Assembly (NCBI GenBank): GCA_929200535.1
Contig: CAKMZV010000005.1
Coordinates: 12,442-76,441 of the forward strand
DNA: 64,000 bases
Origin: an uncultured Gammaproteobacteria bacterium
GTDB taxonomy: Bacteria > Pseudomonadota > Gammaproteobacteria > CAKMZV01
Direction: 5' to 3'
Shown: in pieces, positions 21,550 to 30,837 of the stretch
Layout: each line of letters opens with the position of its first letter
How positions within the stretch are numbered: the stretch's first letter is position 1
Program-made: the position numbers and the translations under genes
Notes under the pieces: model-generated
Databases searched by the model: none
Seen by the model: only the letters and a program-made list of their open reading frames with translations
What the model was told of the DNA's origin: nothing

Positions 21550-22815
21550 ATGTGGTATAGAAATAATCGTCGTCCTCGTATTTTTTTATGGACTCTTGCC
21601 TTATCAGTAATACTTCTTATTGTATGGTCTTATTTGGTTGAAATAGAACAGGTTGTAAGAGCACAAGGCAAGGTTGTCCCCACAGGTAATAACAAACTTG
21701 TGCAACATTTAGAAGGAGGCATTATTGCAGAAATTTTAGTACAAGAAGGTGATATTGTAGAAGAAGGACAACCATTATTTAGAATTAAAAATGAATTTAA
21801 TAAAGCTGAACTTACTTCCTTAGAAATTGAAAGGATATCTTTGCTGATTAAACTATACCGTATTCGCTCTCAACTTGAAGACAAACAAAACATTGTTGTG
21901 CCTGAGGAATTAGAAAATCGAGCTCCTAAAGTTGTTGCAAGTGAGAGAGTTTTACTCAAAGATATTTATCTAAATTATGTTAAAAGACAACAAGTTTTAA
22001 GCTCAGTATGGAAACGCAAACAACATCGTATCAAAGAGTTAACAACCCAAAGAAAAAATCTTGAAAAAGAGCTTGAATTAGCAAAACAAGAATGGAAGCT
22101 TAGTGAAAAATTGCTCTCCAAAGGGGCTGCCTCCGAGCGTGAAGTGCTGGACTCTCAAAAACGCTATCAAACAATCAAAACATCTTATGACCGCATTTAT
22201 TTTAGTATCCCCACTGCTCGTGCTGAATCAAAAGAAGCCCTCGGTCGTTATGAACAAATAAAAACAGATTACAAGTTAAAACTTCAAGAAGAGCTAATTA
22301 AAGTTCAATCTAATATCGCCAAAATAGAAACCAAACAAAAAGCTTTTAGAGATCGCCAGTTACGCTCAGAAATTGTTTCTTCGGTAAAGGGAATTATTAA
22401 CAAATTAATGGTTAATACCATTGGCGGTATTATTCGCCCAGGAGATGCTTTAGCCAGTCTCACCCCATTAGATACTTCACTAATTATTGAAGCGAAAGTA
22501 CGTGAAGCAGATAGGGCAGAAATTTGGTTAGGTCAACCCGTGAAAGTTAAGCTACGTGCCTATGATCATACAACTCACGGCAGTCTTGATGGAGAAATTG
22601 TTCTCATAAGTGCTGATAGCTTCTCAGACAACCGACAAATTGATCAATATCACTACCAAGTGCAAATTAAAGTGCAACAACAAATCAATAGTGATAAGCC
22701 CATACTACCTGGTATGTTAAGTGACGTTGATATGCTGACAGGGAAAAAACGTGTCTTAACGTACCTAACAGGACCTATTCTGCGTGCTTGGAGTCGAGCC
22801 CTACAAGAGCAGTAA
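21550..22815 (+). CDS. HlyD-family type I secretion periplasmic adaptor (membrane fusion protein)
   Basis: Single N-terminal TM, long coiled-coil, C-terminal beta-barrel/lipoyl domains. Gene immediately after the T1SS ABC protein. Confidence 0.85.
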   Translation: MWYRNNRRPRIFLWTLALSVILLIVWSYLVEIEQVVRAQGKVVPTGNNKLVQHLEGGIIAEILVQEGDIVEEGQPLFRIKNEFNKAELTSLEIERISLLIKLYRIRSQLEDKQNIVVPEELENRAPKVVASERVLLKDIYLNYVKRQQVLSSVWKRKQHRIKELTTQRKNLEKELELAKQEWKLSEKLLSKGAASEREVLDSQKRYQTIKTSYDRIYFSIPTARAESKEALGRYEQIKTDYKLKLQEELIKVQSNIAKIETKQKAFRDRQLRSEIVSSVKGIINKLMVNTIGGIIRPGDALASLTPLDTSLIIEAKVREADRAEIWLGQPVKVKLRAYDHTTHGSLDGEIVLISADSFSDNRQIDQYHYQVQIKVQQQINSDKPILPGMLSDVDMLTGKKRVLTYLTGPILRAWSRALQEQ

Positions 22816-22825
22816 TTCTAATCTG

Positions 22826-22857
22826 CGACCTTTGCATCTCTTTTATGCAAAGGTCTC
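22826..22857. terminator. perfect palindromic hairpin (gacctttgcat-ctctttt-atgcaaaggtc) = minimal family-A element; likely bidirectional terminator between convergent genes
   Basis: 11-bp perfect stem with 7-nt loop, 11 nt after the hlyD stop. Sequence equals fused family-A termini. Confidence 0.5.
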
Positions 22858-23248
22858 AATCTATAACAATTTCCTCTTTATTAAACTTTTTCCTAACAAA
22901 GTTAAGGGCAGGGAGGAGATTGAATTTTTGAATAAAATATCTCTCAAACTTTTGCTTTTTAGGAAAATCTAACAGAATAATACCGATAAGAATGGTGAGG
23001 ATGCCTTGACCAGGGGTGAATAGAAAAACAATCCCAATCAATAAAAAGAACACCCCAAAAAAATTAGAAACAAAAAATAAAATGGGGTTTTTTCGCCTCT
23101 TTTCTTTGATGAAATAATCATACGGGATTTTGCAAATTAAAAACGGAGTAATCAACAGAGAAACCACAAATAGCGTGGCACTAATTATCGAAATATAGAG
23201 CAAAATAGTAGTGTAATCAAGACTTGAGATAAATTCTATAATATTCAT
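22856..23248 (-). CDS. small inner-membrane protein (PGPGW-like)
   Basis: 130 aa, 3-4 predicted TM helices, TPGQGILTILIGIILLDFP motif. No confident family. Confidence 0.45.
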   Translation of the reverse strand: MNIIEFISSLDYTTILLYISIISATLFVVSLLITPFLICKIPYDYFIKEKRRKNPILFFVSNFFGVFFLLIGIVFLFTPGQGILTILIGIILLDFPKKQKFERYFIQKFNLLPALNFVRKKFNKEEIVID

Positions 23249-23299
23249 TTTTTATGGGTTATTTGTTTATATTTGATATTTAATAGAAAAGTATAGTAC

Positions 23300-24835
23300 C
23301 TAATTTATCGATAGGGTCGAGAGATTGAGGAAATTGCCATCGGTGGAGAGTTGGTAATTTTTGGCTCGAGAGCTAAGGACGACGAATTGGTTTTCGTACC
23401 ATAGTGAAACGTAGGGGAGGTCTTTTTGTAATTGATGTTGCAGTTGAAAGTAATATTTTTTCTTTTCGTCGATGCTTTGGGCTTGGTCACCTTTTTCAAT
23501 AAGTTTATCAGCTATTGGATTAATGTATTTTCCGCGGTTTGCTCCCTTAGGGGGAATCATCGAACTGTGGAACACATAACGATAAATATCAGGTTGTTTA
23601 ATACCAACCCATGAAAGTGAATAGAGTTGAAAACTGCCTTTTTTAATATCACCATAAAAAGTACCCCAATCATAACTTTGAATAGTAATATTGATATTGA
23701 TTTTTTTGAGTTGATGTTGGATAAGGGTAGCAACGCGCAAACGAAAGGCGGATTTTGACGTTTTATAAGAAAGCTCTAAAGGGTTGTTTTTATCATAGCC
23801 AAGCGTTTTAAGAAGTGCAATCGCTTGTTCAGGTTGGTAGGGGATATCGTTAAGGGTATCATCGGATGACCAATGTTCCCTTGGTAGCAAAGTTTGAGCA
23901 AGGCGGGCACGCTGGTTAAAAAGATATTGAATAATTTCTTGGCGGTTAATGCCGAGTGAAATGGCACGCCTAATTGTGCTGTTAGAGAGGATAGCATCTT
24001 GCAGGTTCATCCCGAGATAGGTGTAGCTACTTCCGAGTTTTTCCTTAACAATTAACTCCTTTTGTTGCGAGAGATATTTAATCAACTCTTGCGATAAGCC
24101 ATTTTGAATAATATCAATTTCTCCCTTAAGGATTTGCAGGGTTTTAACGGTATCGTCCCTACTTACAAGAAACTGAAAAATTTTATTATCCTTTTTTCGC
24201 TTGAGGTAAACATCGCCCTCGCCATCCCAATGGGCAAGTTGAAAACTACCACTGCCATTATGTTTTTTAATATTTTTGCCAGCGAGTTGAGTGCGTGGAA
24301 TAATACCAATCACCAGATTAGCAGGAAATAGAATATCCGGTTTTTTCAGGATAAAATCCACCGTTGTGGTATTGATTTTGACAATCTCCTTGATATTGAG
24401 CAGACTTCCGCGATGTGGCGAGCCCGTATTTTTATCCAACACCGATTGATAAGTGGCAATAAAATCCTCAATCTGCAAAGGTGTACCATCAGTAAAAGTA
24501 GGGCTACCTATCAGTCTAAAACGGTAATGAGAGTTACTAAGTTGTTGCCAATCGCTAAGCCACGCAATGGGATTACCCTCGCTATCAAACTTAACAGGAG
24601 CCTTATAAAGCAACTGAGCAATGCGAAAAGAAACCGCATCAGTCGCAAAACGAGGATCCAAAGTGCGCGGTGCGGATTTAATGGCAAACACAATATCGCT
24701 CTGTTTGGGTAAAGCAGTATCGGCAGTATTTGTGCCCTCAATAGAAGAGGAATTTGAGCAAGCGGTGAGGAATAATCCTGTTAGATATACAAGAAAGTTT
24801 TTTTTAAAGATTTCGCATTTAATAGAGGTAGCCAT
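23300..24835 (-). CDS. ABC-transporter substrate-binding lipoprotein, family 5 (OppA/DppA/NikA-like), orphan
   Basis: Lipobox LTACS, SBP_bac_5 architecture over the full length. No permease or ATPase genes adjacent. Confidence 0.8.
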   Translation of the reverse strand: MATSIKCEIFKKNFLVYLTGLFLTACSNSSSIEGTNTADTALPKQSDIVFAIKSAPRTLDPRFATDAVSFRIAQLLYKAPVKFDSEGNPIAWLSDWQQLSNSHYRFRLIGSPTFTDGTPLQIEDFIATYQSVLDKNTGSPHRGSLLNIKEIVKINTTTVDFILKKPDILFPANLVIGIIPRTQLAGKNIKKHNGSGSFQLAHWDGEGDVYLKRKKDNKIFQFLVSRDDTVKTLQILKGEIDIIQNGLSQELIKYLSQQKELIVKEKLGSSYTYLGMNLQDAILSNSTIRRAISLGINRQEIIQYLFNQRARLAQTLLPREHWSSDDTLNDIPYQPEQAIALLKTLGYDKNNPLELSYKTSKSAFRLRVATLIQHQLKKININITIQSYDWGTFYGDIKKGSFQLYSLSWVGIKQPDIYRYVFHSSMIPPKGANRGKYINPIADKLIEKGDQAQSIDEKKKYYFQLQHQLQKDLPYVSLWYENQFVVLSSRAKNYQLSTDGNFLNLSTLSIN

Positions 24836-24846
24836 AAGTAAGCTAA

Positions 24847-26280
24847 CTATGAGGGTAAATCTCCGGGGGTGATTTCACCGATGATAAATTTAAAATTAAG
24901 GTAGTTTATCCAGTGTTGATGGATGGTTTGGGCGAGGGAGATTTGAGCTTTTTGATATTGACTTTGGGCGTTGAGAACATCGGGGAGATTTTGGGTGCCG
25001 AGTTGGTAGCCTTGGAGGAGGGCATCGTAGGCAATTTTTGAGGCTTCAACTTGTTGTTGTAGGGCTGGGATGCGTTGTTCATTGGCTTGTAAGAGTGCCC
25101 AAGTATTATCAAGATTGGCTTTCTCATTGAGGAGGGATTCTTTAAGGCGGGCTTTTTGTTGGTTGAGCTTAGCGTATGCTGTGTCAATATCAGCTGTGGT
25201 GCGAAAGCCACTAAAGAGTTCCCACTCAAAATTTAGGGTGGCAAGTATGGGATCGTTGACTTCATTTTGACTGCCTATTTCGGTAAATTCTGTATGGTTA
25301 TAGGCAAGTCGTAATGATACCTTGGGATAGAGCCTGCCACGCACGGCATTGACTTCGAGAACGGCAGTATCGAGGGCTTTGAGTTGTTGCTGAAGAGTGG
25401 TGTTATTTCTTATTTTTGAGGCGTAGGGGCGTAGGGTAGCAAGTTGGATATTGGGTTTTTTCCATTCAGGAACGGTGTTAATTTTTATGCCGGTTAAGTT
25501 TTGTAAGTTTTGCAGGGCAACGGTGTAATTGCTTTTTCTTTGTATTTGATCGGCAATTGCTAAGGTGTGGGCGGCTTTGGCTTGGGCAACATCTAATTTT
25601 TTTCCTAAGCCGAGTGCGAGCGATTGCTTGACTTTATCGAGGAGTTTTTTTGAGGATTTGATTTCAATCTCTGAGAGGCGTTGATTTTCAATGGCGAGTA
25701 TGAGGTTGCTCCAACGTTGGGCGGTGTTGAAAATAAGCCTTTGACGAGCAAGACGCAGGGCTATTTTACCGCTATCAACTTGGTTGTCTATTTGTTCTGC
25801 TTTAGCAAAACTTTCTGCGTTGTAAAGATATTGCAGGAGGGAGAGTGACAAAATATTTTGATTGTAGTTTGGGACTGTTTTATCTTCAGAGCGAGTGAGG
25901 GCGTACCCAGCGGAGATAGTGGGATAGAATACGGAATTAGCGGTGAGTTGTGAGGCGTAAGCAATATCTAAGGCGGCTTGGTTACTTTTGAAAGATGGGG
26001 AGTAGTTGAGGGCAATAAAGTAGAGATCGCGTACGCTGATGTATTCTTTTGTATTGGTGCGTTCAGAGAGTGAGTTATCCCAGTTTGTTTGGATTTCTTC
26101 TCGTAGAGAGTCTTCTGGATTACTCCAAAATGAATTAAATGTTTTGTTTATTTTGGTGCTAAGCGGTTTATTGGGATGCTCTTCTGCATGTATTGGAAGA
26201 AGAGTGACTGTAAAAATAAAGGCAAATAGGTGGAGGAGTATTTTGCTTGTATTTTTGGTATATAGGAATAATATAATCAT
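24847..26280 (-). CDS. tolC: TolC-family outer membrane efflux/secretion channel
   Basis: Signal peptide (MIILFLYTKNTSKILLHLFAFIFTVTLLPIHA), two tandem OEP repeats with long coiled-coil segments. Start set at the ATG at 26280 to avoid overlap with the upstream CYTH gene. Confidence 0.8.
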   Translation of the reverse strand: MIILFLYTKNTSKILLHLFAFIFTVTLLPIHAEEHPNKPLSTKINKTFNSFWSNPEDSLREEIQTNWDNSLSERTNTKEYISVRDLYFIALNYSPSFKSNQAALDIAYASQLTANSVFYPTISAGYALTRSEDKTVPNYNQNILSLSLLQYLYNAESFAKAEQIDNQVDSGKIALRLARQRLIFNTAQRWSNLILAIENQRLSEIEIKSSKKLLDKVKQSLALGLGKKLDVAQAKAAHTLAIADQIQRKSNYTVALQNLQNLTGIKINTVPEWKKPNIQLATLRPYASKIRNNTTLQQQLKALDTAVLEVNAVRGRLYPKVSLRLAYNHTEFTEIGSQNEVNDPILATLNFEWELFSGFRTTADIDTAYAKLNQQKARLKESLLNEKANLDNTWALLQANEQRIPALQQQVEASKIAYDALLQGYQLGTQNLPDVLNAQSQYQKAQISLAQTIHQHWINYLNFKFIIGEITPGDLPS

Positions 26281-26285
26281 TACTT

Positions 26286-26756
26286 TTATTGTTTTTTTGA
26301 TAATTCTGTATTGTGATATTTTATACAATTTGTGACTTCTTTGCCAGCCCACTGAGGTATTTTGATATTTTCTTGTTCTGATTGTAGTTCAATTTCGGCA
26401 ATAAGTAGTGGGTGATGTTTGCCCATAAATTCATCAACAGTCCATTGTTTGTTGTTATAAGGTATATGGTGACGCTTTTTTTCAATAATAGAGGATATGC
26501 ACAAATTTTTAAGCATATGGCGAGCCTCTTCAATGGGGATAGGGTATTCAAATTCATCACGAGAAATTCCAAGTTCTAAACTTTTTATGGTGATATAGGC
26601 GTTGTTATCGGTAATGCGAATACGCACGGAAGATTTTATTGTTTGTTCAGTATCGGGTAGGACAAGGTAGCCTTGTGCGATTTGTTGGGTAGAGTCAATG
26701 TGTGGACGCCAAGAATTATCCTTAATTAGAAATTTACGCTCAATCTCTCTTGGCAT
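26286..26756 (-). CDS. CYTH-domain protein (triphosphate tunnel metalloenzyme, CyaB/YgiF-like)
   Basis: N-terminal EIERKFLI signature and acidic/basic tunnel residues typical of CYTH. Confidence 0.75.
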   Translation of the reverse strand: MPREIERKFLIKDNSWRPHIDSTQQIAQGYLVLPDTEQTIKSSVRIRITDNNAYITIKSLELGISRDEFEYPIPIEEARHMLKNLCISSIIEKKRHHIPYNNKQWTVDEFMGKHHPLLIAEIELQSEQENIKIPQWAGKEVTNCIKYHNTELSKKQ

Positions 26757-26765
26757 AAAGATAGC

Positions 26766-28550
26766 CTATGTATTAAGCATAATTTTAAATGCTTCTTGCG
26801 GGAGCTCTACTTTGCCGATTGCCTTCATTCGTTTTTTGCCTTTTTTCTGTTTTTCTAAGAGTTTTTTCTTGCGGCTAATATCGCCTCCGTAGCATTTGGC
26901 AGTCACATTTTTGCGTAGTGCTTTGACGTTTGTTCTTGCAATAATTTTTCCCCCAATAGCTGCTTGTAGTGCCACTTCAAACATCTGGCGATCAATAAAT
27001 TCTTTGAGTTTGTCAATCATTACTCTACCACGTGCAGTGGCAAATGAGCGGTGCATTAGGGTGGCAAGTGCATCAACTTTTTCACTGTTAATAAGAACAT
27101 CAACTTTTACCAGGTCAGAAGCTTCATAGTCGGAAAGTTCATAGTCCATTGAGGCGTATCCTCGGCTGATGGATTTTAGACGTTCAAAAAAATCAATCAC
27201 AACTTCGGCGAGTGGAATGCGATAGCTAAGTTGTACTTGGGAACCGAGGTATTGAATGTTGCGTTGTTGCCCACGTTTTTCCATACAGAGAGTGATAATT
27301 GAGCCAATGTATTCTTGTGGGGCATAAATTTCCGCATTAACCATAGGCTCTAAAATTTGTTCGATAACGGTTGTATCGGGGAGTGCCGAGGGACTTTCAA
27401 TAAGTTGGGTTTCTTGGTTTTTTAATTTCACTTGATAGACAACTGTTGGGGTTGTTGAGATAAGCTCAAGTTGATATTCTCTTTCTAAACGTTCTTGGAT
27501 AATTTCCATATGGAGTAAGCCAAGAAAACCACAACGAAAGCCAAATCCAAGTGCATCAGAGGTTTCAGGTTCGTATTGTAGAGCAGCGTCGTTGAGCTGC
27601 AATTTGCCAAGAGCTTCGCGTAAATCCTCGTAATTTTCAGCCGATATGGGATATAGACCGGCAAAGACTCGAGGCTGTATTGCTTGAAAGCCAGCGAGGG
27701 GTTTTTCTGCTGGTTTGGAGGGTGAAGTAAGTGTGTCTCCGACAGGCACTCCATAAATATCTTTTACGCCAGCAACAACATAGCCAACGGAACCGTTGGT
27801 AAGGGTTTTTTGTGGCGTGCGACGTGGAGAAAAAATTCCAACATCGGTAATAAGATGCTTTTCTTGAGATGACATTACTAACATTTCACTACGGGCGTGC
27901 ATTTCTCCAGCAACTATTTTGACTAAAGAGACAACGCCAAGGTAACTATCAAACCAAGAGTCAATAATTAGGGCTTGTAATGGTTCTTCGCTTCTGTCTT
28001 CAGGGGCAGGAATATTCTTAACGACTGCTTGTAATAGTTCATCAATACCGATGCCACTTTTGGCACTGACGCAAACCGCATTTTCTGCTGATATACCAAT
28101 AATCTCTTCAATTTCTTTTTTGGTTTTTTCGATATCAGCTGCAGGTAAATCGATTTTATTGATAATGGGTATGATTTCTAAACCAAGTTCAATGGCTGTG
28201 TAGCAGTTGGCTACGGTTTGTGCTTCAACCCCCTGTGAGGCATCGACTACTAATAATGCCCCATCACAAGCGGCAAGTGAGCGTGATACTTCATAGGAAA
28301 AATCGACGTGTCCTGGAGTGTCAATAAAATTTAGACTATAGGTTTTTTTATCTTCAGGGGAAGTATATTGTAAAGAAACGCTTTGAGCTTTGATAGTAAT
28401 GCCACGCTCTTTTTCTATTTCCATTGAATCCAAAACTTGTTGGGTCATTTCACGTGCTGAAAGCCCTCCACAATGTTCAATTAGGCGATCAGAAATAGTT
28501 GATTTCCCATGATCAATATGGGCAATAATAGAGAAATTCCTGATGTTCAT
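26766..28550 (-). CDS. lepA: elongation factor 4 (translational GTPase LepA)
   Basis: [15 protein letters not shown]1 motif, DTPGHVDF, LepA-specific C-terminal domain. Confidence 0.95.
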   Translation of the reverse strand: MNIRNFSIIAHIDHGKSTISDRLIEHCGGLSAREMTQQVLDSMEIEKERGITIKAQSVSLQYTSPEDKKTYSLNFIDTPGHVDFSYEVSRSLAACDGALLVVDASQGVEAQTVANCYTAIELGLEIIPIINKIDLPAADIEKTKKEIEEIIGISAENAVCVSAKSGIGIDELLQAVVKNIPAPEDRSEEPLQALIIDSWFDSYLGVVSLVKIVAGEMHARSEMLVMSSQEKHLITDVGIFSPRRTPQKTLTNGSVGYVVAGVKDIYGVPVGDTLTSPSKPAEKPLAGFQAIQPRVFAGLYPISAENYEDLREALGKLQLNDAALQYEPETSDALGFGFRCGFLGLLHMEIIQERLEREYQLELISTTPTVVYQVKLKNQETQLIESPSALPDTTVIEQILEPMVNAEIYAPQEYIGSIITLCMEKRGQQRNIQYLGSQVQLSYRIPLAEVVIDFFERLKSISRGYASMDYELSDYEASDLVKVDVLINSEKVDALATLMHRSFATARGRVMIDKLKEFIDRQMFEVALQAAIGGKIIARTNVKALRKNVTAKCYGGDISRKKKLLEKQKKGKKRMKAIGKVELPQEAFKIMLNT

Positions 28551-28571
28551 TAAATTGAGGTTTTGGTACTC

Positions 28572-29993
28572 TTAAGGTAGAAATAGAGTTGTAAATAGTG
28601 TGCGTTGATTACGATATATGAGTACACGAAAACGAGTTCTTTTAGGGGCACTTTCAACAATTTTACGAAATTGGCTGACGGATTCTATTTCGTGATTTTG
28701 TAGAGTGAGAATAACATCATTTTTTTCTATTCCTGCACGGTTTGCTGGTCCATCCGTAAATACATCTTTTACCAGAATACCTTGTTGTAGTTCATTCAAC
28801 ATTTCATCACTTAAATTAATTACTTTGATGCCAACACGAGTGATGCTATATCCAATGTTGTTTCTTTTTTTTCTTTTTTTTCTATTTCGAGGCTCAAGTT
28901 CATCTACGGCAATATTCAGTGTTTTGGGTTTGCCATTACGAATAATTTTTACAGGTACTTTTTTGCCGATAGGAGTAATACCGACAATGGGTGGAAGGTT
29001 GTATGAGCGATTGATTTTTGTGCCATTAAAATTCACAATGACATCGCCTACTTCAATCCCACCTTTTTGTGCAGGGGTATCATCAATAACTGCTGAAACT
29101 AAGGCTCCATGGGGTGCTGACATATGAAACGTTTCTGATAGCTCAGAGGTAATTTCTTGAATTTGTACCCCAAGATAGCCACGACTAACACTACCTTTTT
29201 CTTTAAGCTCTTTAACAATGTATTTTACAAGGTTAGAGGGTATAGCAAAGGAAACGCCCATAAAGCCACCACTACGACTATAGATTTGAGAATTTACTCC
29301 AACAACATTTCCATTCAAATCAAATAATGGTCCTCCTGAATTGCCAGGATTAATAGCAACATCTGTTTGAATAAAAGAAACATAAGCATCGGCAGGTAGG
29401 CTACGCTCTTTAGCACTGACAATTCCAGCAGTAACTGAGTAATCAAAACCAAAAGGGGAGCCTATGGCAATGACCCATGCACCCACTTTTAATTTGGCTG
29501 AATTACCAAATGTGATAATGGGGAGATTATTTCTTTTAACTTTTAGCAGGGCAATATCTGTGCGCGGATCGCTCCCCATTACTTGAGCCTTTTTGACTTT
29601 TAAATCATTAAAGCGTACAAAGATTTCGTCGGCACCATCAATAACGTGGTGATTGGTGACAATATAGCCATCTTCACTGACAATAAAACCAGAACCCAGT
29701 GAGTGGTGCTGTGGTGCACCTCCATTAGGTTCGTCTCGAGGGTTTGAAGGGTCAGGTTGATTGAAAAAATATTTTAGCCATTCATCAGGTAAACCTCTAA
29801 ACTGAGGCGGAATTTCTTGCGAATTTGCAGGTTGATACTTTTTTGTGCTAATGTTCACTACGGCTTGACTTTGTTTTTTAGCAAGTTTGGTAAAGTCAGG
29901 CAGTGAGTTGGCGTGTAAATTCCCTGTTGATAGCAATAAGAGAGCAGAAAATAAAAAGGTGGTTAGCTGGCACCTGTTTGGTAAAATAGTCAT
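28572..29993 (-). CDS. degQ: periplasmic serine endoprotease DegP/DegQ (HtrA family, two PDZ domains)
   Basis: Signal peptide, catalytic triad context (TNHHV, D, GNSGGPL), two PDZ domains. Start set at the ATG at 29993. The longer tool ORF runs into the MITE. Confidence 0.9.
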   Translation of the reverse strand: MTILPNRCQLTTFLFSALLLLSTGNLHANSLPDFTKLAKKQSQAVVNISTKKYQPANSQEIPPQFRGLPDEWLKYFFNQPDPSNPRDEPNGGAPQHHSLGSGFIVSEDGYIVTNHHVIDGADEIFVRFNDLKVKKAQVMGSDPRTDIALLKVKRNNLPIITFGNSAKLKVGAWVIAIGSPFGFDYSVTAGIVSAKERSLPADAYVSFIQTDVAINPGNSGGPLFDLNGNVVGVNSQIYSRSGGFMGVSFAIPSNLVKYIVKELKEKGSVSRGYLGVQIQEITSELSETFHMSAPHGALVSAVIDDTPAQKGGIEVGDVIVNFNGTKINRSYNLPPIVGITPIGKKVPVKIIRNGKPKTLNIAVDELEPRNRKKRKKRNNIGYSITRVGIKVINLSDEMLNELQQGILVKDVFTDGPANRAGIEKNDVILTLQNHEIESVSQFRKIVESAPKRTRFRVLIYRNQRTLFTTLFLP

Positions 29994-30035
29994 ATTGGTT
30001 AAGGTTAATTTAGAAAATGAAAATTTATAAAAGTT

Positions 30036-30263
30036 GAGACCTTTGCACAAAAGATATGACAAGTAAAAAAGTAAAAAGTTGCCCTGATTTTTATCCGCAA
30101 GCGGTTCAAACGCTGTTACTCTATGGTTCGTAAACTCACCAAGAGTAAAAACGCTTTTTGTGTTGTGAAACTTGCAAAGACGGACGTATTAGCTTCATTT
30201 CACGCCTCAATCAGAACAATTTTTTATCTTTTTTCTTTTGCCATACTTTTATGCAAAGGTCTC
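30036..30263. mobile_element. MITE-like element, family A copy 2 (228 bp; TIR gagacctttgcacaaaag...cttttatgcaaaggtctc)
   Basis: Near-identical to 9329-9625 but with a single internal module. 18-bp perfect TIRs. No coding capacity beyond a ~25-codon ORF. Confidence 0.7.
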
Positions 30264-30372
30264 AAGTTATTTAATTAATTATACTTGCCCACGTAAGTAT
30301 TAGAGGTAGCTTTGTTTAAGAGAAGATTAATGCTTAATACACTACTATGCATAATATTTTCATCTCTTTAAT

Positions 30373-30837
30373 TTAAAGTTTCTGTTTTATTTGTAAGCCA
30401 AATGTCTTTTTTTTTGTAAAATGGTTTGCTGTTAGCCAAATAAGTGTGGTGCTTGCGAAGGCAATACACAGACTCCCCCATTGAGAGGGGAGAAGATAGA
30501 GGAGTAGCAGTAAAACTAGTGTTGGGAGAAGCCATAAAAAAAGCTGAATTTTTAGTATGTTGGTTTGTGAGAGTGATAGAGAGAGCGTGCTGCCAATGGG
30601 GAAGTGTTTTTTAGAGTAAATAATGACTTGTTGTTGATTTTTGTCAGTGGATGTTTTGGGCTTTAGTAACAGTTTTTTCCACAGCATAGAACCACAGTAT
30701 CCACCGCAACATTGTGTATTATCTGCTTGACAATCCATAGGTTGTAGGTTGAGCGTATGTTTGTTCTTGTGTTGTTCACTCACTTGTGCATTAATTTGAA
30801 TGTGTGAAGTAGTTGAGGGTATAGATGATGTAGGCAT
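30373..30837 (-). CDS. RseC/MucC-family membrane protein (SoxR-reducing-system-like), translationally coupled to rpoH
   Basis: N-terminal Cys cluster (DCQADNTQCCGGYCGS), a beta-like segment (PIGSTLSLSLSQTNILK), then two TM helices (LLLLYLLPS...). Colinear with E. coli RseC. Start ATG overlaps the rpoH stop (TAATG). Confidence 0.5.
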   Translation of the reverse strand: MPTSSIPSTTSHIQINAQVSEQHKNKHTLNLQPMDCQADNTQCCGGYCGSMLWKKLLLKPKTSTDKNQQQVIIYSKKHFPIGSTLSLSLSQTNILKIQLFLWLLPTLVLLLLLYLLPSQWGSLCIAFASTTLIWLTANHFTKKKTFGLQIKQKL

